Of a stretch of 64,000 bases of DNA, positions 12,076 to 26,789 are shown one piece after another. The stretch's first letter is position 1, and each line of letters starts with the position of its first letter. This DNA comes from Octopus sinensis. Lineage: Eukaryota. A program made the position numbers and the translations under genes. The notes under the pieces are model-generated. The model made no database searches. It was not told where the DNA came from and saw only the letters and a program-made list of their open reading frames with translations. The DNA lies in assembly GCF_006345805.1 (NCBI RefSeq), contig NC_043013.1, positions 16,120,001-16,184,000 of the forward strand, written 5' to 3'.

Positions 12076-12265
12076 TAAAAATACTTGTTTAAACCTGCGT
12101 TAACTCCATTTTTTTATTCATATTATTCAAAATATTCAACGTAAACACGAAGTTTCAACCTTTATAAACGAGGAGTTACAACATCTTTACTTTTGAGATT
12201 TTTGTTGCCCTGGTAACTATTTATTTATTTTTCCGTGTTAATTGTTAACAAGGTAAAATACACTC

Positions 12266-12370
<105 letters not shown>

Positions 12371-12490
12371 CATACATACATACATTATATATACATCTAT
12401 ATACATATATATATGTATATGTATATACATATATCTATATACATATATATATTATATATATACATATTATATACATATATATACATACAT

Positions 12491-12522
<32 letters not shown>

Positions 12523-12606
12523 TATGATATACAAACTATATACATATATATGATATACATACATATACATATATATGATATACATACATATACATATATA
12601 TATATA

Positions 12607-12651
<45 letters not shown>

Positions 12652-13098
12652 ATATACATATATATATATAAAGATGGAAACACTATTTATATTAGAAAAG
12701 TTTTCTCCTACATTGTTGATTGCAAAGGCTCTGATATGATCCTCACTATGATGCCATGGGTATTTCAAAATTATATTTCCGACCATATCAACGACTTCGA
12801 CTATTATCTTAGTAATTTTGAAAGTGATTTCTTTTGTGCCGTAAACCATTTACCATTTCTGCGGTGCTCCCTCCCCTTCTGTTGATGTTCTAAGTACGTG
12901 CTTATTTTGCTTAATGGTTAATCCAGTGCTGCCCATGGTATTAAACGAAACCAAAACAAAACACCACAGACTTTAAAAGAAAAGTAGACCCTCCTTCCTT
13001 TCTGCCATTCTCTTTCTCCCTCACGCTCTCCCTCCCCCTCTGTTTACCTGTCTGTCTGTCTCTCTTTCTTCTTCTCCTCTCTCTCTATTTCTTCTCTC

Positions 13099-13143
<45 letters not shown>

Positions 13144-13394
13144 ATCTCTCTCTCTCTCTTTCTCTCTTCATGTGTTATGCTTACAGGCATCGGTGTTCCC
13201 ACATGCCAGAAGCTAAACATTCATGATTTTCCTTTTTCTATGAGAACACACAGCAGTGGTGTTTCGTTGCCTTTTGCCAGTTTATTTTAAACTTACTTTG
13301 CCACTCCCTTGCACTTTCGAACCTATTTAACCCTAAGTCAGCCTATTTAACCCTTAGTCACGTGGATTGATTAACGTGACTCAGGGCATATCTG

Positions 13395-13626
13395 TTTCTT
13401 TATTACCCACAAGGGGCTAAACACAGAGGGGACAAACAAGGAAAGACAAACGGATTAAGTCGATTACATTGACCCCAGTGCGTAACTGGTACTTAATTTA
13501 TCGACCCCGAAAGGATGAAAGGCAAAGTCGACCTCGGCGGAATTTGAACTCAGAACTTAACGGCAGACGAAATACGGCTACGCATTTCGCCCGGCGTGCT
13601 AACGGTTCTGCCAGCTCGCCGCCTTT
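13395..13626 (-). mobile_element. SINE family B (tRNA head, Meta-domain-like core)
   Basis: A box-like gagctggcagaa, B box gagttcaaattcc, core gactttgcctttcatcctttcggggtcgataaattaagtacc. Confidence 0.85.
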
Positions 13627-14045
13627 GACTCAGGGCATATCTACACATAAAAGGGTTTGTGTGACACGTGTCTAGGGAGAAAGACCTCCCCTCTGAGCCT
13701 TGCACGCTTTAACCACAGAACGGTCTTCTGCTATTTCAGCCATAACAAGGGCCACTGACAGGTACTACCACTCTGAGCTAGAGCACACCTGGGATAACTC
13801 CTTATTGTCTAAAACTTTTGAACTCCCGAAGTGGGGCCTCACTGTCGGACGCAGTTTAATGAGTTTTTTTCTCACTTCAACAAAAGACAGAATTAAATTT
13901 TACCGACTTCAACAAAAGCACAATCACCAACATTCATGTACAGATTCGTGTATGTATGTATGTATGTATGTATGTATGTATGTATGTATGTATGTATGTA
14001 TGTATGTATGTATGTATGTATGTATGTATGTATGCATGTGTGTGC

Positions 14046-14103
<58 letters not shown>

Positions 14104-14160
14104 ATGTGTGCATGTATGCTTATATCTATGCGTTTGTGTATGTATGCATGTATATGTGCT

Positions 14161-14235
<75 letters not shown>

Positions 14236-15948
14236 ATAAGTATAAATACATGAGTGCGCATATGTAGCAAAATATTTATTGCCAAATCATCATCCAACAA
14301 AAATACAGAGTCATGTAAACTAATTTAAGTCGAATAACACAACTGTAACAGCTGAGATAATAAAAATCAGGGATATCTTGAAACAATGAGAAATATGGCT
14401 CACCTTCAATAAATATCAATAAGTTAAACATGGAAATATCGAATACAACCTAGAAAAACGAAACTACAGCTATCAGCCATTTGTATCAAAACGTTAAACA
14501 CGAGAACAAGCAGTGAAAATAATTAGAATATTGCTCTCAGACCTGTGACAGTGTTGCTGATGCACACATGACATCCTAGAACCCAATCTACCAAAAGTGC
14601 CGCTCGACTGATCGGCAGAAAGTCTGGCTCCAAGGGTGTGCCGTGTATTGTGTTCTCTCTTTGCTGCTTTATTTATTTATTTATTTTATTTTTTGCCGTT
14701 ACTATAACGACATTTACTACTCGGAACTTGCTGAGCTCGAGCACCACCAGTGGATCAAGAATGTGCCTCCTGTCCATCCTCCTTTCCTCCTCCTGCTCCC
14801 CTCCCGCTTCTTCTTTCACCCTTCTTTCTCCTCCGCCTCGCAACTCAAGCATTTGAAATCCAATCGTCCGTCCTCCTTTTCTTCCTCTCCTTTCCTCATC
14901 ATACTTCTTGTCCTCACCCCATCCTCCCCACCTCCTTTTGTTGTGTCCAACTCTTCCTCTGATGCCTTACACTGATCACTTCGACATCTATGCCCAGCTC
15001 TCCTTTCCAAGACCATCGGTCCCCTGCAATTCCCTCCCTTCTCATATCTTCATCGTGGATATCAACGTATAAAGGTGCAAAGGGAACATTAATGACATCA
15101 GTCTCACAGGACCTAAAGAGCCTGTCTCTTTCTTTTGTCCCAACAAATTACAAAAAGAACAATCTCGACATCAACAATGGTCACACCTCTTCACACATCA
15201 CCGTAGTAACTACAAATAACGTAACTACTCTCCAGCAACAACAAACATTTCGTTATCAAGCAGTTTCCAAAAATCAATTACTGGGACTTACTCTAAAAAG
15301 CAAACCGACTAACTGTGAGTACACAACCAACTCAACAATTACCTTAGAAACTCCTTCAATCAGGTGACCCTCGGGATCCACTAAAGTCACAAATATACAC
15401 CTAAAATACTCACAGAGACCGAAATGAATTGAGGTATGTTTTAGCTCTTATGTTTAGCCATTATGTTTTAGTCTTTTTGTTACAATATTCCTGTTGAAAT
15501 ATATTTTGTTTGAATTGATTTTTAAAGTACTAAAATAACTGTCATTAACAATTTATGAGGTGCCCGCAGAACAGGGAGAATTCAAACAATAATTTATTGT
15601 TTTAATATGTTCTACAGATTCGAATATGTTGACTGCTGTTGTTTTTCGTCCACAGAAAACAGCTCCTCGTTTAGGCAATGTATGCTCATAACACATGCGA
15701 TTCACCGATGTAAAAAAAGTTCGAGACATCATGGTGTTTCGACGTCTTTCTGTCTCCATAGTGGAAGCTATGCCAGGGTTGGACGAATGAATCTCGTTAA
15801 AGCACAATGTTTTGTTTATAAGAACTAGCAAACAAACTATTTGTGATGCGAGCAGATGTCTGCCAAACAAATGATAATTCATGAGGTGCATGCAGAATAC
15901 CGAGAATTCAAACAATATCGTATCTATCTGTATGCATGTATATATGCT

Positions 15949-16034
<86 letters not shown>

Positions 16035-16584
16035 CATGAGTTTACGTTATTTGCCGAGATTCAAGTACAAGATCTAAATACGTTGACAAATTCTAAAGTG
16101 ATAATCTGATCACTTGTTTTTCGCCACCGGAGAACACCTCTTCCTTTAAGCGGTGTGTGTTCATAACACATGTGATTCACTGGTGTAAAGGGACCTTGGT
16201 ATTATCAAGCAGGTGTTTAGAATATAAAATGACCACTTCGGCATCTGATGTGTGGTAAACCGTGTACCTGTACAAGCAATGTCGATTTCAGAGGGGGAGT
16301 AGGCTCCTGTACAGCATAGAGATTTAATCAATATCAACAATTAATTCGAGCAAGTTGTTCAGCAAGAAATTGCAGAATCGTCATTCTCGAACTTGAGAGA
16401 TTCCCGTGAAGGAGAACATAAATTGGCATGGAATTTTGGTGGACGGGTTTAATTTAGATTACTTTAAAACAGGGTGATCGTGTAGTGGGACCAAAGGCAG
16501 CCTCAGTAGAGTTGGTGTCAAAAGGGTGCCACCGACATCAATAATGTCAAATACCTAGAATTAGGAAACTGGACAAAACTATAA

Positions 16585-16842
16585 TAAAAAAATTAATGCG
16601 CCCTTTTCAAGCCTAGCCAGGCTCATGGGCCCGGTTTCCCGGTTTCTGTGGCGTATGTGTTCCCCAGCCGGACGGGACGCCAGTCCATCGCAGCGTTACC
16701 CATTTTTGCCAGCTGAGTGAACTGGAGCAACGTGAAATGATGTTTTGCTCAAGAACACAACACGTCACCCGGTCCAGGAATCAAAACCACAATCTTGCGA
16801 TCATGATGCAGATACCCTAACCACTAAACCACGCGCCTCCAC
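16585..16842 (-). mobile_element. tRNA-derived SINE family E (V-domain-like gcgatggactggcgtcccgtcc) with 14-bp TSD
   Basis: TSD ggacaaaactataa at 16571-16584 and 16843-16856; tRNA-like head. Confidence 0.85.
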
Positions 16843-17251
16843 GGACAAAACTATAACAAAGTTTAAAATCTAAAATAGAAATTAAAAAACAAAAACATTG
16901 CAACTTCATACAATCCACCCCATTACAACCAATTTTATCCCCCCACACAAACACAGAAACAACCCACTTCCATTCCACTGCATATCCTCATAGAGAAATT
17001 ATCACCCCTCTCACAACCACCCACTGTACACCCTCATAAAGAGTTACTCCTTCCCTCCCTACTCCACGCTTTAACCCACATTACGGAAATACTCGCCCCT
17101 ATTCTCCCATAGCAAATTTTCCCTATATCTACCAAAGACTCGGCCTTGATGTCATTATCCTCTTTTGAACTCTCAAAGAATGGAGGATGATTATAGCAAT
17201 AACAACAACAACAACAACAAAATCTTACATGCACAGGGCTGCTAGTAAAAC

Positions 17252-17640
17252 CTCTCTCTAAGCACTCCGTCGGTTACGACGATGAGGGTTCCGGTTGATC
17301 CGAATCAACAGAACAGCCTGCTCGTGAAATTAACGTGTAAGTGGCTGAGCATTCCACAGACACGTGCACCCTTAACGTAGTTCTCGGGGATATTCAGCAT
17401 GGCACAGAGAGTGACAAGGCCGGCCCCTTGAAATACAGGTACAACAGAAACAGAAAGTAAGAGTGAGAGAAAGTTGTGGTGAAAGAGTACAGTAGGGATC
17501 ACCCCATCCCCTGCCGGAGCCTCGTGGAGCTTTTAGGTGTTTTCGCTCAATAAACACTCACAACGCCCGGTCTGGGAATCGAAACCGCGATCCTATGACC
17601 GCGAGTCCGCTGCCCTAACCACTGGGCTATTGCGCCTCCA
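17252..17640 (-). mobile_element. tRNA-Arg-like SINE family D with 13-bp TSD
   Basis: Near-identical to 40349-40738. TSD ctgc(t/a)agtaaaac at 17239-17251 and 17641-17653. Confidence 0.9.
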
Positions 17641-18092
17641 CTGCAAGTAAAACTACAAATATAAGGATTAAAGTGTTTGCTACAATAATACAAACTCCAA
17701 CAAAGTTCGAATACAACGTCAAAGTTTCACATCTTCCCATTTATTAAGCATCGGCTTCTCCTTCCATTTCCATTTACACCAATAAAGCATTTTAAAAATA
17801 AGCTTCACATCACTATTATTTTTATTTCATTTCTTTTCTATTTTCAAATTATTTACCTTTTGTATTGGGAAGATCCCAGACATTCCTTTAGCCCGTAGCA
17901 CCCCCACGGAGTGCCACACGAGTTGCTGCTACCTTTAGCCGATTCTGTAACTTACATCGTCCGAACGACCAACGACACCAGTAAAACGTTTGTTTCCCTT
18001 CCCCGTTACCTACTTACGAATAGAATACTCCATATCTTTCTTTAAGAAACAACTTAAATCCCGTCTGTCCGTCACCATGATAAATGTAATTA

Positions 18093-18631
18093 CAGTAATA
18101 CCTCACTTTACGAGGCCCCGGGTTCACGAGTTTATTTTTCAAGTACAAGATCCAAATTTTGAACGAAGTGCAAAAGTTTCTACTTCTATAACAAAAGCTT
18201 CTGCATGTTACCGAGAAATTTATGGAAAGCGAAAAAAAGGCTTCTTCTCAGCAAACAACTCTAGACTTGTTCTTTAAAAAGAAATCTACAGGTCTATGAG
18301 TGCTTGTGAATCGGCGATCGCGTCTACAAGTGATGGTGGGATTGTCTAGTGCGAGTGAAAGTGATTCAAAAAACGACTATTATAATAATATTTTTTATTA
18401 TAAATGATCTTGACATTCTTCTCATATTACATAAAATATTCTTTACATTCTACTGTTGTTTTATTACCATTTATTTACGAGTATTATAAATTTTATAGGT
18501 AAAATATTTTTCTGGGAACGAATTACGATTTATAACATTGCTACTATGGGAAAATATTGTTCTGCTTCACGAATTTTCGCTTTACGGGCGTTCTCCGAGA
18601 ACAAATTAACTCGTATATCGAGGTATTAATG
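18093..18631 (+). mobile_element. Internally deleted Tigger/pogo DNA transposon
   Basis: 22-bp TIRs (cagtaatacctcactttacgag / ctcgtatatcgaggtattaatg, 18/22 match) with TA on both sides. Retains the transposase C-terminus QDPNFERSAKV...ACYREIY...QQTTLDLFFKK (TIGD1-like, one frameshift). Confidence 0.85.
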
Positions 18632-18644
18632 TATATATATAGCT

Positions 18645-19190
18645 CCCCGAATGGTGCACCACAAGGGTCTGTCTTGTCACTTGTTCTTTTTAACCTGTAG
18701 CTACATATACGTATTTACTCGGATGATGTACCACAACGATCCGTTCTGTCGCCTGTTCTTTTTAACTTGTACATATACGTATGGAATTACTCGAGCTGTG
18801 TACCGATAGAGCCCATCCTATCACTCATCTTTTTAACCTGTATCTACACGTATGATATTTCCTGAATAGTGTACAAGAATCCGTTTTGTCACATGTTCTT
18901 TTTAACCTGTATTGATATGACATAACCAGAATATGTAATAACCCGAATGGTGTACCTCAGTGATTCGTACTATTCCCCGTTCTTTTAAATCTGTATATAC
19001 TTGTCATTTCCAAATTTTTTTAAAACAAACAAAATATCATACACATATGGCACCACAGTCACAGTCTCCCACGACTACGACAACCCTACTTTAAACCACT
19101 TACAAACGTTGCTCAAAACAAATAGATTAAAAATAGTACTTAACAATCCAGTCATCTCCATATATTTTACCAACATAAGAGACCATTAAA
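18645..19190 (+). mobile_element. Degenerate LINE RT fragment with five tandem copies of the GVPQGSVLSPVLFNLY motif
   Basis: Units at about 18650, 18722, 18795, 18865 and 18946 translate to NGAPQGSVLSLVLFNL, DDVPQRSVLSPVLFNLY, ..HLFNLY, ..SVLSHVLFNLY and NGVPQ*FVLFPVLLNLY. They are followed by a decayed YADD region and LKTNRLKI. Confidence 0.7.
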
Positions 19191-20140
19191 TGCTACCGAC
19201 CATTGCATGCATTAACACAACACTCACACACACCCATACACACATAAACGCACACACACACACGCACACGCACACACACATACATACACACTGCAGACAA
19301 AAATAGAAAATGCAACGTCTGTTGTACTTATTGAATAAATAATAAAGAAAGCCAAGCCACGTAATACTTAGATCGGTCACAAGTACCACACGTGGCCACA
19401 ACAACAACAATAACGACAACATCATATTTTGATAAACATTATACTGGATCCGTCGTGAATTATTCCAGTCTGATATGGTACTGCTTTCAACATATCACCC
19501 ATTAATTTCTTGTCATTAGCCCATTCGAGTTACTTTCCTTGGCACATTTTATTTGTAATCATTCAAATTATTCAGGACTAAAATATTTGTAAGTCTTTTT
19601 ATACAGAGAAAAGCTTGTCAACTTATTAGGCTTGAATGGATTAATATTACACTAACGAGGTCTTAAAAAAACCGAAACATATGTCCATAACTAACGTCGC
19701 CTCTAAAAAGAGAACAAACGGTTCTTTTTCCTCTAAACAAGTAAATTAATTAGCAAAACTAAACCATAGTTGTTTTGTTTGTTTTTTCTTTTAACTTTCA
19801 CTTTTTTTTAACTACAATTCCATGTAAATAACGACAGGAAAATGCTAAGAAGGAAGATCAGCTGTACATGGGATGAATACCGTCGGTTTCCACAAGGGCC
19901 AGATCTCACGGTCCCTGTTACTTACCCTTCATCACCCCCAATACGCATCAACGACACACACACACACACACACACACTCATACACACTCATACACACCAC
20001 CACCACTACCACCTTGCCACTAGACTACTACTACTACAACAAAAACTACTACTACTACTACTACTACAGCTACTACTACTACTATTACTACTACAACTAC
20101 AACTACAACTACTATAACAACTACTACTATAACAACAACA

Positions 20141-20183
<43 letters not shown>

Positions 20184-20216
20184 ATTCTACTACTACTACT
20201 ACCATTACTACTACTA

Positions 20217-20261
<45 letters not shown>

Positions 20262-21065
20262 TCTTTATATCTACTGTTTTAGAAAAAAGGAAGGATACTT
20301 TCAACGTAGTAGAAAAAATAAGATGCGATAGTCGCGGTTGGATTCCTTTAATCACAATACTGCGCTATTAGAGCCGATGTGGAGCTAAACAACAGCAGCA
20401 ACATAAATAACAACAACACAACACTAGTTATCTCAATTTCATGCATGTATAACTGAGTGGTGGTAGTAGCAGTAGTAGTAGTGCTAGTGGTAAATGGTGG
20501 GGTGGCGGTGGTTGTGTCATGTTAGTGGTTGTTGTTATTGTTGTGGTCTGTTGTTATTGTTGTTGCTATTGGTGTGGTTTTGCGTTGCTATTTTTGCTGT
20601 TGTTAAGGTTGTTGTTGATGCTACTGTTGCTGTGGTTGTTGTTGTTCTTCTTGTTGTTAGTAATAGTTTTAAGGCAGCGAATGGTCAGGGTTATAGGAGT
20701 CATTGGTTCTGGCTTTCTGAGATCGAATCCTGCCAACGCCAGCTAAACCTTTAAGTTTTGTTTTTTTTTTCTCAACTTAATATTACGATTCATTTTTTTT
20801 TCTTCTTGGCGGGGCAGTGGAGAAGGGACCATAAAATAAAATACCACTCGAATGCTTCTTCTTCTTCTTCTTCTTCTTCTTCTTCTTTCTCTCTGTCTTT
20901 CTTTTCCTCTCTCTTTGTCTTTCTCTCTCTATCTCACTCTGTCTCTCTTTCTCTCCCCCTCTCTCTGCCTCGCTCTCTGCCTGTCTGTCTGTCTGTCTGT
21001 CTGTCTCTGTCTGTCTGTCTGTCTCTGTCTGTCTCTGTCTCTCTCTCTCTCTCTCTCTCTGTATC

Positions 21066-21189
<124 letters not shown>

Positions 21190-23438
21190 CGCCAAACCTG
21201 CAGTATTGTAAAGTCCGTGTAGTACCACGCTGATTTGGCCTGAGCTATTGCATTAAGTGTACACGTGTGTGTGTGGAATTCCCAGCTACTCACAGACCAA
21301 TTTCACAAGGAATTCAGTCAATCGAACAATTGAATGCTCATCGGAGACGCCGACGGAGAACCAATCACATCATTGCCACGGCTGTTGCTGCTCCTGATAG
21401 TGGTCATGGCGGTGATGGCAGTGATGGCGGTGATGGCGGTGGTGGTGATGATGATGATGGTGGTGATGGAAGAGGTGGTAGCGATTGTGGGGGTGTTGGT
21501 ATTGCCACTGCTCCAATTTCACTATCATAACTACATTCACCGATTCCTTCACACTACCCTGTTAACCATCCCTGCTGTCACCACCGCCCTCAGCATACCA
21601 CAAACTACTATCACTACCATGAACATCATCACCACCACCACCAACCACCACCACCACCACCATCGCCATCATCATCATCATCATTCGTTACCACTACCAT
21701 CATCACCGCCATCACTCCGACTATCACGTCTCCTCCCACTTCCACCATCGATGCCCTCCCACCATTCCTTCACCACCACCACCACTAACACCACTATCAC
21801 CATCACCACCAATGCAACACCCCCGCACCACTGCCACCACTGCCGCCATCGCCATCCGATATATTGATGTCACCAATAACAATAGCAAGATGTACGCTAG
21901 ATGCGGAAATTCAGCTGACCAGACAGGAAGTAGACTCTCTCGTAACGCGCGTGCACACACGCGCGCACACACATACACATATGTGTGCTCATGCATGTCT
22001 GATATATATATATATATATATGTTTGTGTGTGTGTGTGTGTAGATTGTGAATGGGTTTTGGGAACTAAAATGAGATTATATTCAATACGTTTTGTGAATT
22101 GAATATATTAGGTTTAGATTTCATTTTATTTAGTGTATTATATATTCATATTTGCCATGTGAATGCAGTGTGGCCGAATGGTCACCGGTTCGAACCCACT
22201 GCGTGACATCTTCGACAAACATAATTTTCCATTACCTCAAACACATGGAAACTATATCAAAACCTGTTGGGTGATATGTAATTCGAAAGATAGAGTCTTG
22301 TCACACAGTGCGTTATGCTGATATGTCTGTGGAATACTCAGCTACTTACACGCTAATCCAACGTGCAGATAATTTCGGGCGATCGAATAACTGCTTCTCA
22401 TCGAGACCCCGATGGTGAGGTGGAATTTCCCTGTTAAATAGTTTGGTCGAACTTTCTAGAAACTCTGTAGGGGTTATAAAAAGTTGGAAAATTGAACCCC
22501 AGGCAGAGTCATCCAGAAGTCTACTACGTGAATTGCTTTCTCACCCTTTTCTACGTTTCCCCACAGAACGAACTCTGTCGTTACACAGAATTATGTCACT
22601 CAACTCCATAACACATGTTATCACCTTTCAACGTGTTTTTCGGGAAATGGCAGGAGATTCACCTCGAAATTATGTCAGTCAGCTTTGTGATAAGGCGTTT
22701 CAATTCTTCCAATTTAATTTGTTCTAAACAATTATAAACGGTCTTCAGGTTACTTGTTACTATTTAGCATATTATGCAGTGAAAAGTTGTACTTATCCCA
22801 TTCGATAGCTCTTGAATACTATTCTCTTTAATACTATTCTATTTATTCAGCTGTTGTTTATATGCAAATGCGAACACTTCAGGTTAATAAAAATGCACGA
22901 GAACTAATACCAAATATTAGTATAATCATTATGAACGTAACACGCAGCCCACCAAACATTGTCATTCATCAATAACTATTTAATTATCTAAATCCTACCA
23001 TGATAAACTGTTATATTTATCATCGATTTACATTTTGTTTCCGCTCCATGCTGTATCATAAATTGGGTCGTTCTGGGACACTTCCAGTAAAATACCAGTT
23101 TTTATTTAGATTTCTAAATTTTTTATTTCGAGAGGTTGTCAGGGTCTCATTCAACCCGGCTTCATTTCGTCAGAGTCCTTCATAGCTTTGTTGGTTGGGT
23201 CAATATTTGGGGAATGATCTTATTCAGGGACTTCCCAGCGATAGCATTGGAGCAGATAGGTAGTCTCCCCTGTTCTTCATAATATTAACACCTTTCCATA
23301 CTAAGTCGTAATTCATAACAGTGCAGTCAGATGCCATGGAGTCATGGAGCCATGATCTGGGGTATTCAGCGTTTTATCGCATTATGTATCTGAATTCCTT
23401 AATCTCTTGTTGTTCACACACAATTACACACACACACA

Positions 23439-23495
<57 letters not shown>

Positions 23496-23620
23496 CACAC
23501 ACACACACCATGCACGCAAACACCATGCCCATACAACCACACATACACATATTTAATATATACGTGTATAAATGTATATGTATATCTATTTCTGTCTATA
23601 TATATGTATCTATATATGTT

Positions 23621-26275
23621 CTTTTTAAAGCATTCGCTCGTTACAAGGTCCTTAGACCACTGAAAACGTAAGAGCTACCAGAATAAAATGGACATAGACA
23701 GAAGTCAGTAGGTGACGATGTACATTAGACTTAAATGACTGGAGGAGGACATATCGAAGAGGAAAACAAGACTGTGGAAGGGAATTTCAAATTTAAGACG
23801 TGCGAGGGAAGAAACTGGTACCGTAAAGTGCTTTGCGACACTTAGGAGATTGACCAGTATACTGATGAGGACTGGACGCAGGTCTAGTTGATCGCTGATA
23901 AGTTCTTGAAGGAGGAAGCAGAGAAGAAAGCTCAGATGAGGAAGGGCCGTGAAAATACTTATAGAAAAGAGACAAGGAAGCCACATGACGACGATGTGAG
24001 AGTGAATCCAATTTGGAAGATTGATCAGGACCAATAGCATTACAAATACGGCGTTGAATGCAGTCCAACAGATTTAAACACCTGCCCATTTGTGACAACA
24101 GTACTTAATGCAGGTGCGAATGGTGGACTTATAAAGATAAAGTACAGACTCAGGAGTGAGATGACTCCTCGAAGGAGTGAGCTTATCTTCATTGCAGCCG
24201 ATTTGATAACAGATTCAATGTAAGTCCTCCAAGAAAAATCTTTACAGAAGATTCCTAGGAGACGAAGAGAACGACTCTCAGGTAAATCAATACCATCCAT
24301 CGAAACCGAAAGGATGTCTGAAGCAATTAATCGAAAGAAGTTTAGTTTTCGATGGATTGAACGTTACAAGACATTTCTTACCCCACTAAATGATAGACCG
24401 AAGATGCTTCTCAAGGTTAGCAGCGACTTCAACCATATCAGACAAGTCGTCAGATTCGTCCAAACTAGAGTACAAAGTAGAGTCATCAGCACAGATTACT
24501 AGCTGGCAGATGATATGACCAGGCAGATCATTGATGAAACGAAGAAAGAAAGTTGGGCCCAAGACATAGGCTTGAAGAACCTCAGCATTAATAGAATAAC
24601 TAGATGAAGATTGACCATCAAGAACAACTTTGATCCTACGGTCATAAAGGGAAGAGGAGATGATGTTCAGCATGAAACTTGACACACCAAAGGATTGGAG
24701 CTTCCATTGATGTCCAGAATGCTAAACCCTATCAAATGCCTTAAAGATATCAAGAGCAGCCGCCCTAGCTTGACCAGATACATTCAAGGCATGATAAACA
24801 CGCTTAGACATAACAGTGAGAAGATCAGCAGTAGACCGTCCGGCACGGAAACCATATTGAGAGTCGGAGAATAAACGATTTGAGTCAAGATATTTTACAA
24901 GAGAGTCATTAATTAAGGACTCAAAAACCTTACTGATAATTGGTAGTAGACTAATTGGTCTATAATTACGAGGATTAGATCGACCACCACAGTTCTTAAA
25001 GACAGGAACAACAATCCAATCCATAAAGAAGGAAAACAAGATTCTGAGATACACTTTTGGAAGAGCCTAGATAAGACAGAAGACAACTCAGGAGAACACT
25101 TGACTGAACACTTGAAGAACGATGACTGGAATACCATCATATCCAGTTGCTTTACATGGATCCAACAGTGCCACAATGGCCGTAACCTTAGCAGAAGTAA
25201 TATGACAATTGTATAATAGATTATCAGTTTTGAGAAAGACATCAGGAAGTGAATGACCGGAGTCATCGAGAAGAGAGTGAGAACTAAGCAGTTGAGCAAA
25301 GAGCTCTGCTTTGTCATTTAATGTTGTCAAGACCTCAGGTCCATTGAATAAATGAGGAATAGAAGACTTATTGTTACCTCTAACACTTTTAATAATTCTC
25401 CAGAAGTCACAAGAACCTATTTTCTGGGATGATATACGTTTATGAACGTGCTATACGTAGTCTGATTTAGCATCACGGAAGACAGCCCTACAGTGATTGC
25501 GAACATTGGTGAAAATCTGTTTATTCACTGAAACTGGTGAAAAAATTATTACGGTGGGCGATAGCAGCAGCAGAAGCAGGATAAAACCAGGATGATGAAT
25601 GCAGTTTCAGCTGGTATTTGTAAAATTGTACGAAGGTGTTAATACCAGCGGAAATCCAAGTAGTAACTTCCTCAGCACAGGCCTCGGCAGGTTTAGCAAA
25701 AACATCGGTTCAAGGAACATCACGAAGAAAGTTACGAAAATTGTCCCAGTCACCACGATCATAGCTGAATAGAGTAAGATGAATTGGGGACTCCTTGGCA
25801 GCAGAACAATTCGGTGAAACGTCAACTGAAACAACAACATGGTCAGTTGCCCCGAGTGGAGAATCATGACAGACCTTACAGATATCAGGATTTAATGCCA
25901 AAAAGAGATCAAAGAAAGATTGGTCATCGTGATCTGGAATGCGAGTAGGAAAGTCAACGAGTTGTGTGAGCGATTGAGAAAGTGCAAAATTATACCCTTC
26001 AATGCCAGATGCACCAGTGCTATGAAAAAACTTAAGCCACTCTTCATGGTGAATATTAAAATCACCAAAGACGAATATATTCGCAGAGTTATGAAATAAG
26101 AGAGACTTATCGATGCTGTCAGAAACAGACTGTATAACAGAAAGATTTTGAAAAGATGGAGAACGATAGAGAAAGAACAAGTAGCTAGTTAAGTGCAGAA
26201 GAGAAAGTCGAAAACACATGAAGGACTGCGGAGATCCTCAAGATCTTCCTCACGAACAATGGGAAGATTGACACG
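23621..26275 (-). mobile_element. 5'-truncated, inactive CR1/L2-group LINE ORF2 (APE endonuclease plus RT)
   Basis: LYRSPS, GDFNIHH, FPTRIP, TDH (endonuclease); NYRPISLLP, QYGFR, ALDIFKAFDRV, VLGPTFFLRFINDLP, CADD (RT); LDCIQRR..LSHRRHVASLSLFYKYF..SFFPRTS (C-terminus). Multiple frameshifts; A-rich 3' end near 23621. Confidence 0.92.
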
Positions 26276-26789
26276 ACTATGTGTGTGTGTATGTGTGTGT
26301 GTGTGTGTGCATATATGTGTGTGTCTATATATATATACGTATATGTATATGTATATATGGCGTGTGTATGTGTGCGCGCACGTGTGTGTGTGCGTGTATG
26401 TGTATGCATGAGTATGTGTGTGTGTGTGTGTGTGTGTGTGCGCGTATGTGTGTGTGTGTGTTTGTCCATACGCGGGCATGTGCGCGTCTATACGTGATGT
26501 GTGGAAATATGGTGTGTATAGGTTTATCCTGCAATATGGAAAGAAGATTGAAGTTTGATGTTGTATAAATCATAAAGCAGAATGTTAAGTTACGCAGCAT
26601 TGTTTACAGCGGTATTAGAAATGTGACTGTAAGATGTAAAATGAGAAATAGAAAAGTTTGTCAGCAGTTGAGTATTTAATTTTGATCTGTCGTTTCGATT
26701 AAAATTAGAGAAGAGGAGTTTGTTACTCTACCTGCAAATGGTTTAAAGATCAGACTTCGTAAAGATTGGAAAAGCTGAGTTTATCTAAT

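Larger units (their letters stand above)
10878..12123 (-). mobile_element. 5'-truncated Penelope-like retroelement with inverted pseudo-LTR
   Basis: GIY-YIG ORF remnant flanked by a ~295-bp near-perfect inverted repeat (10878-11174 vs 11824-12123). Inserted next to (TA)n. Confidence 0.9.

Noticed and set aside
12670-12885. Protein-looking tail of the 216-aa ORF ([11 protein letters not shown]...FESDFF)
   Set aside because: No recognisable motif, and no convincing acceptor or donor.
14540-15370. Non-simple, probably repeat-derived segment with several short ORFs
   Set aside because: I could not assign it to any family from motifs; it needs a repeat-library search.
16900-17220. Pyrimidine-rich segment ending in (AAC)n, possibly a LINE 3' end (similar segment at about 61800-62200)
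   Set aside because: No diagnostic protein motif, so it is too weak to call.
23095-23180. CUGACGA...GAAA on the minus strand
   Set aside because: No G-C-closed stem II, no stem I, and no NUH in register.
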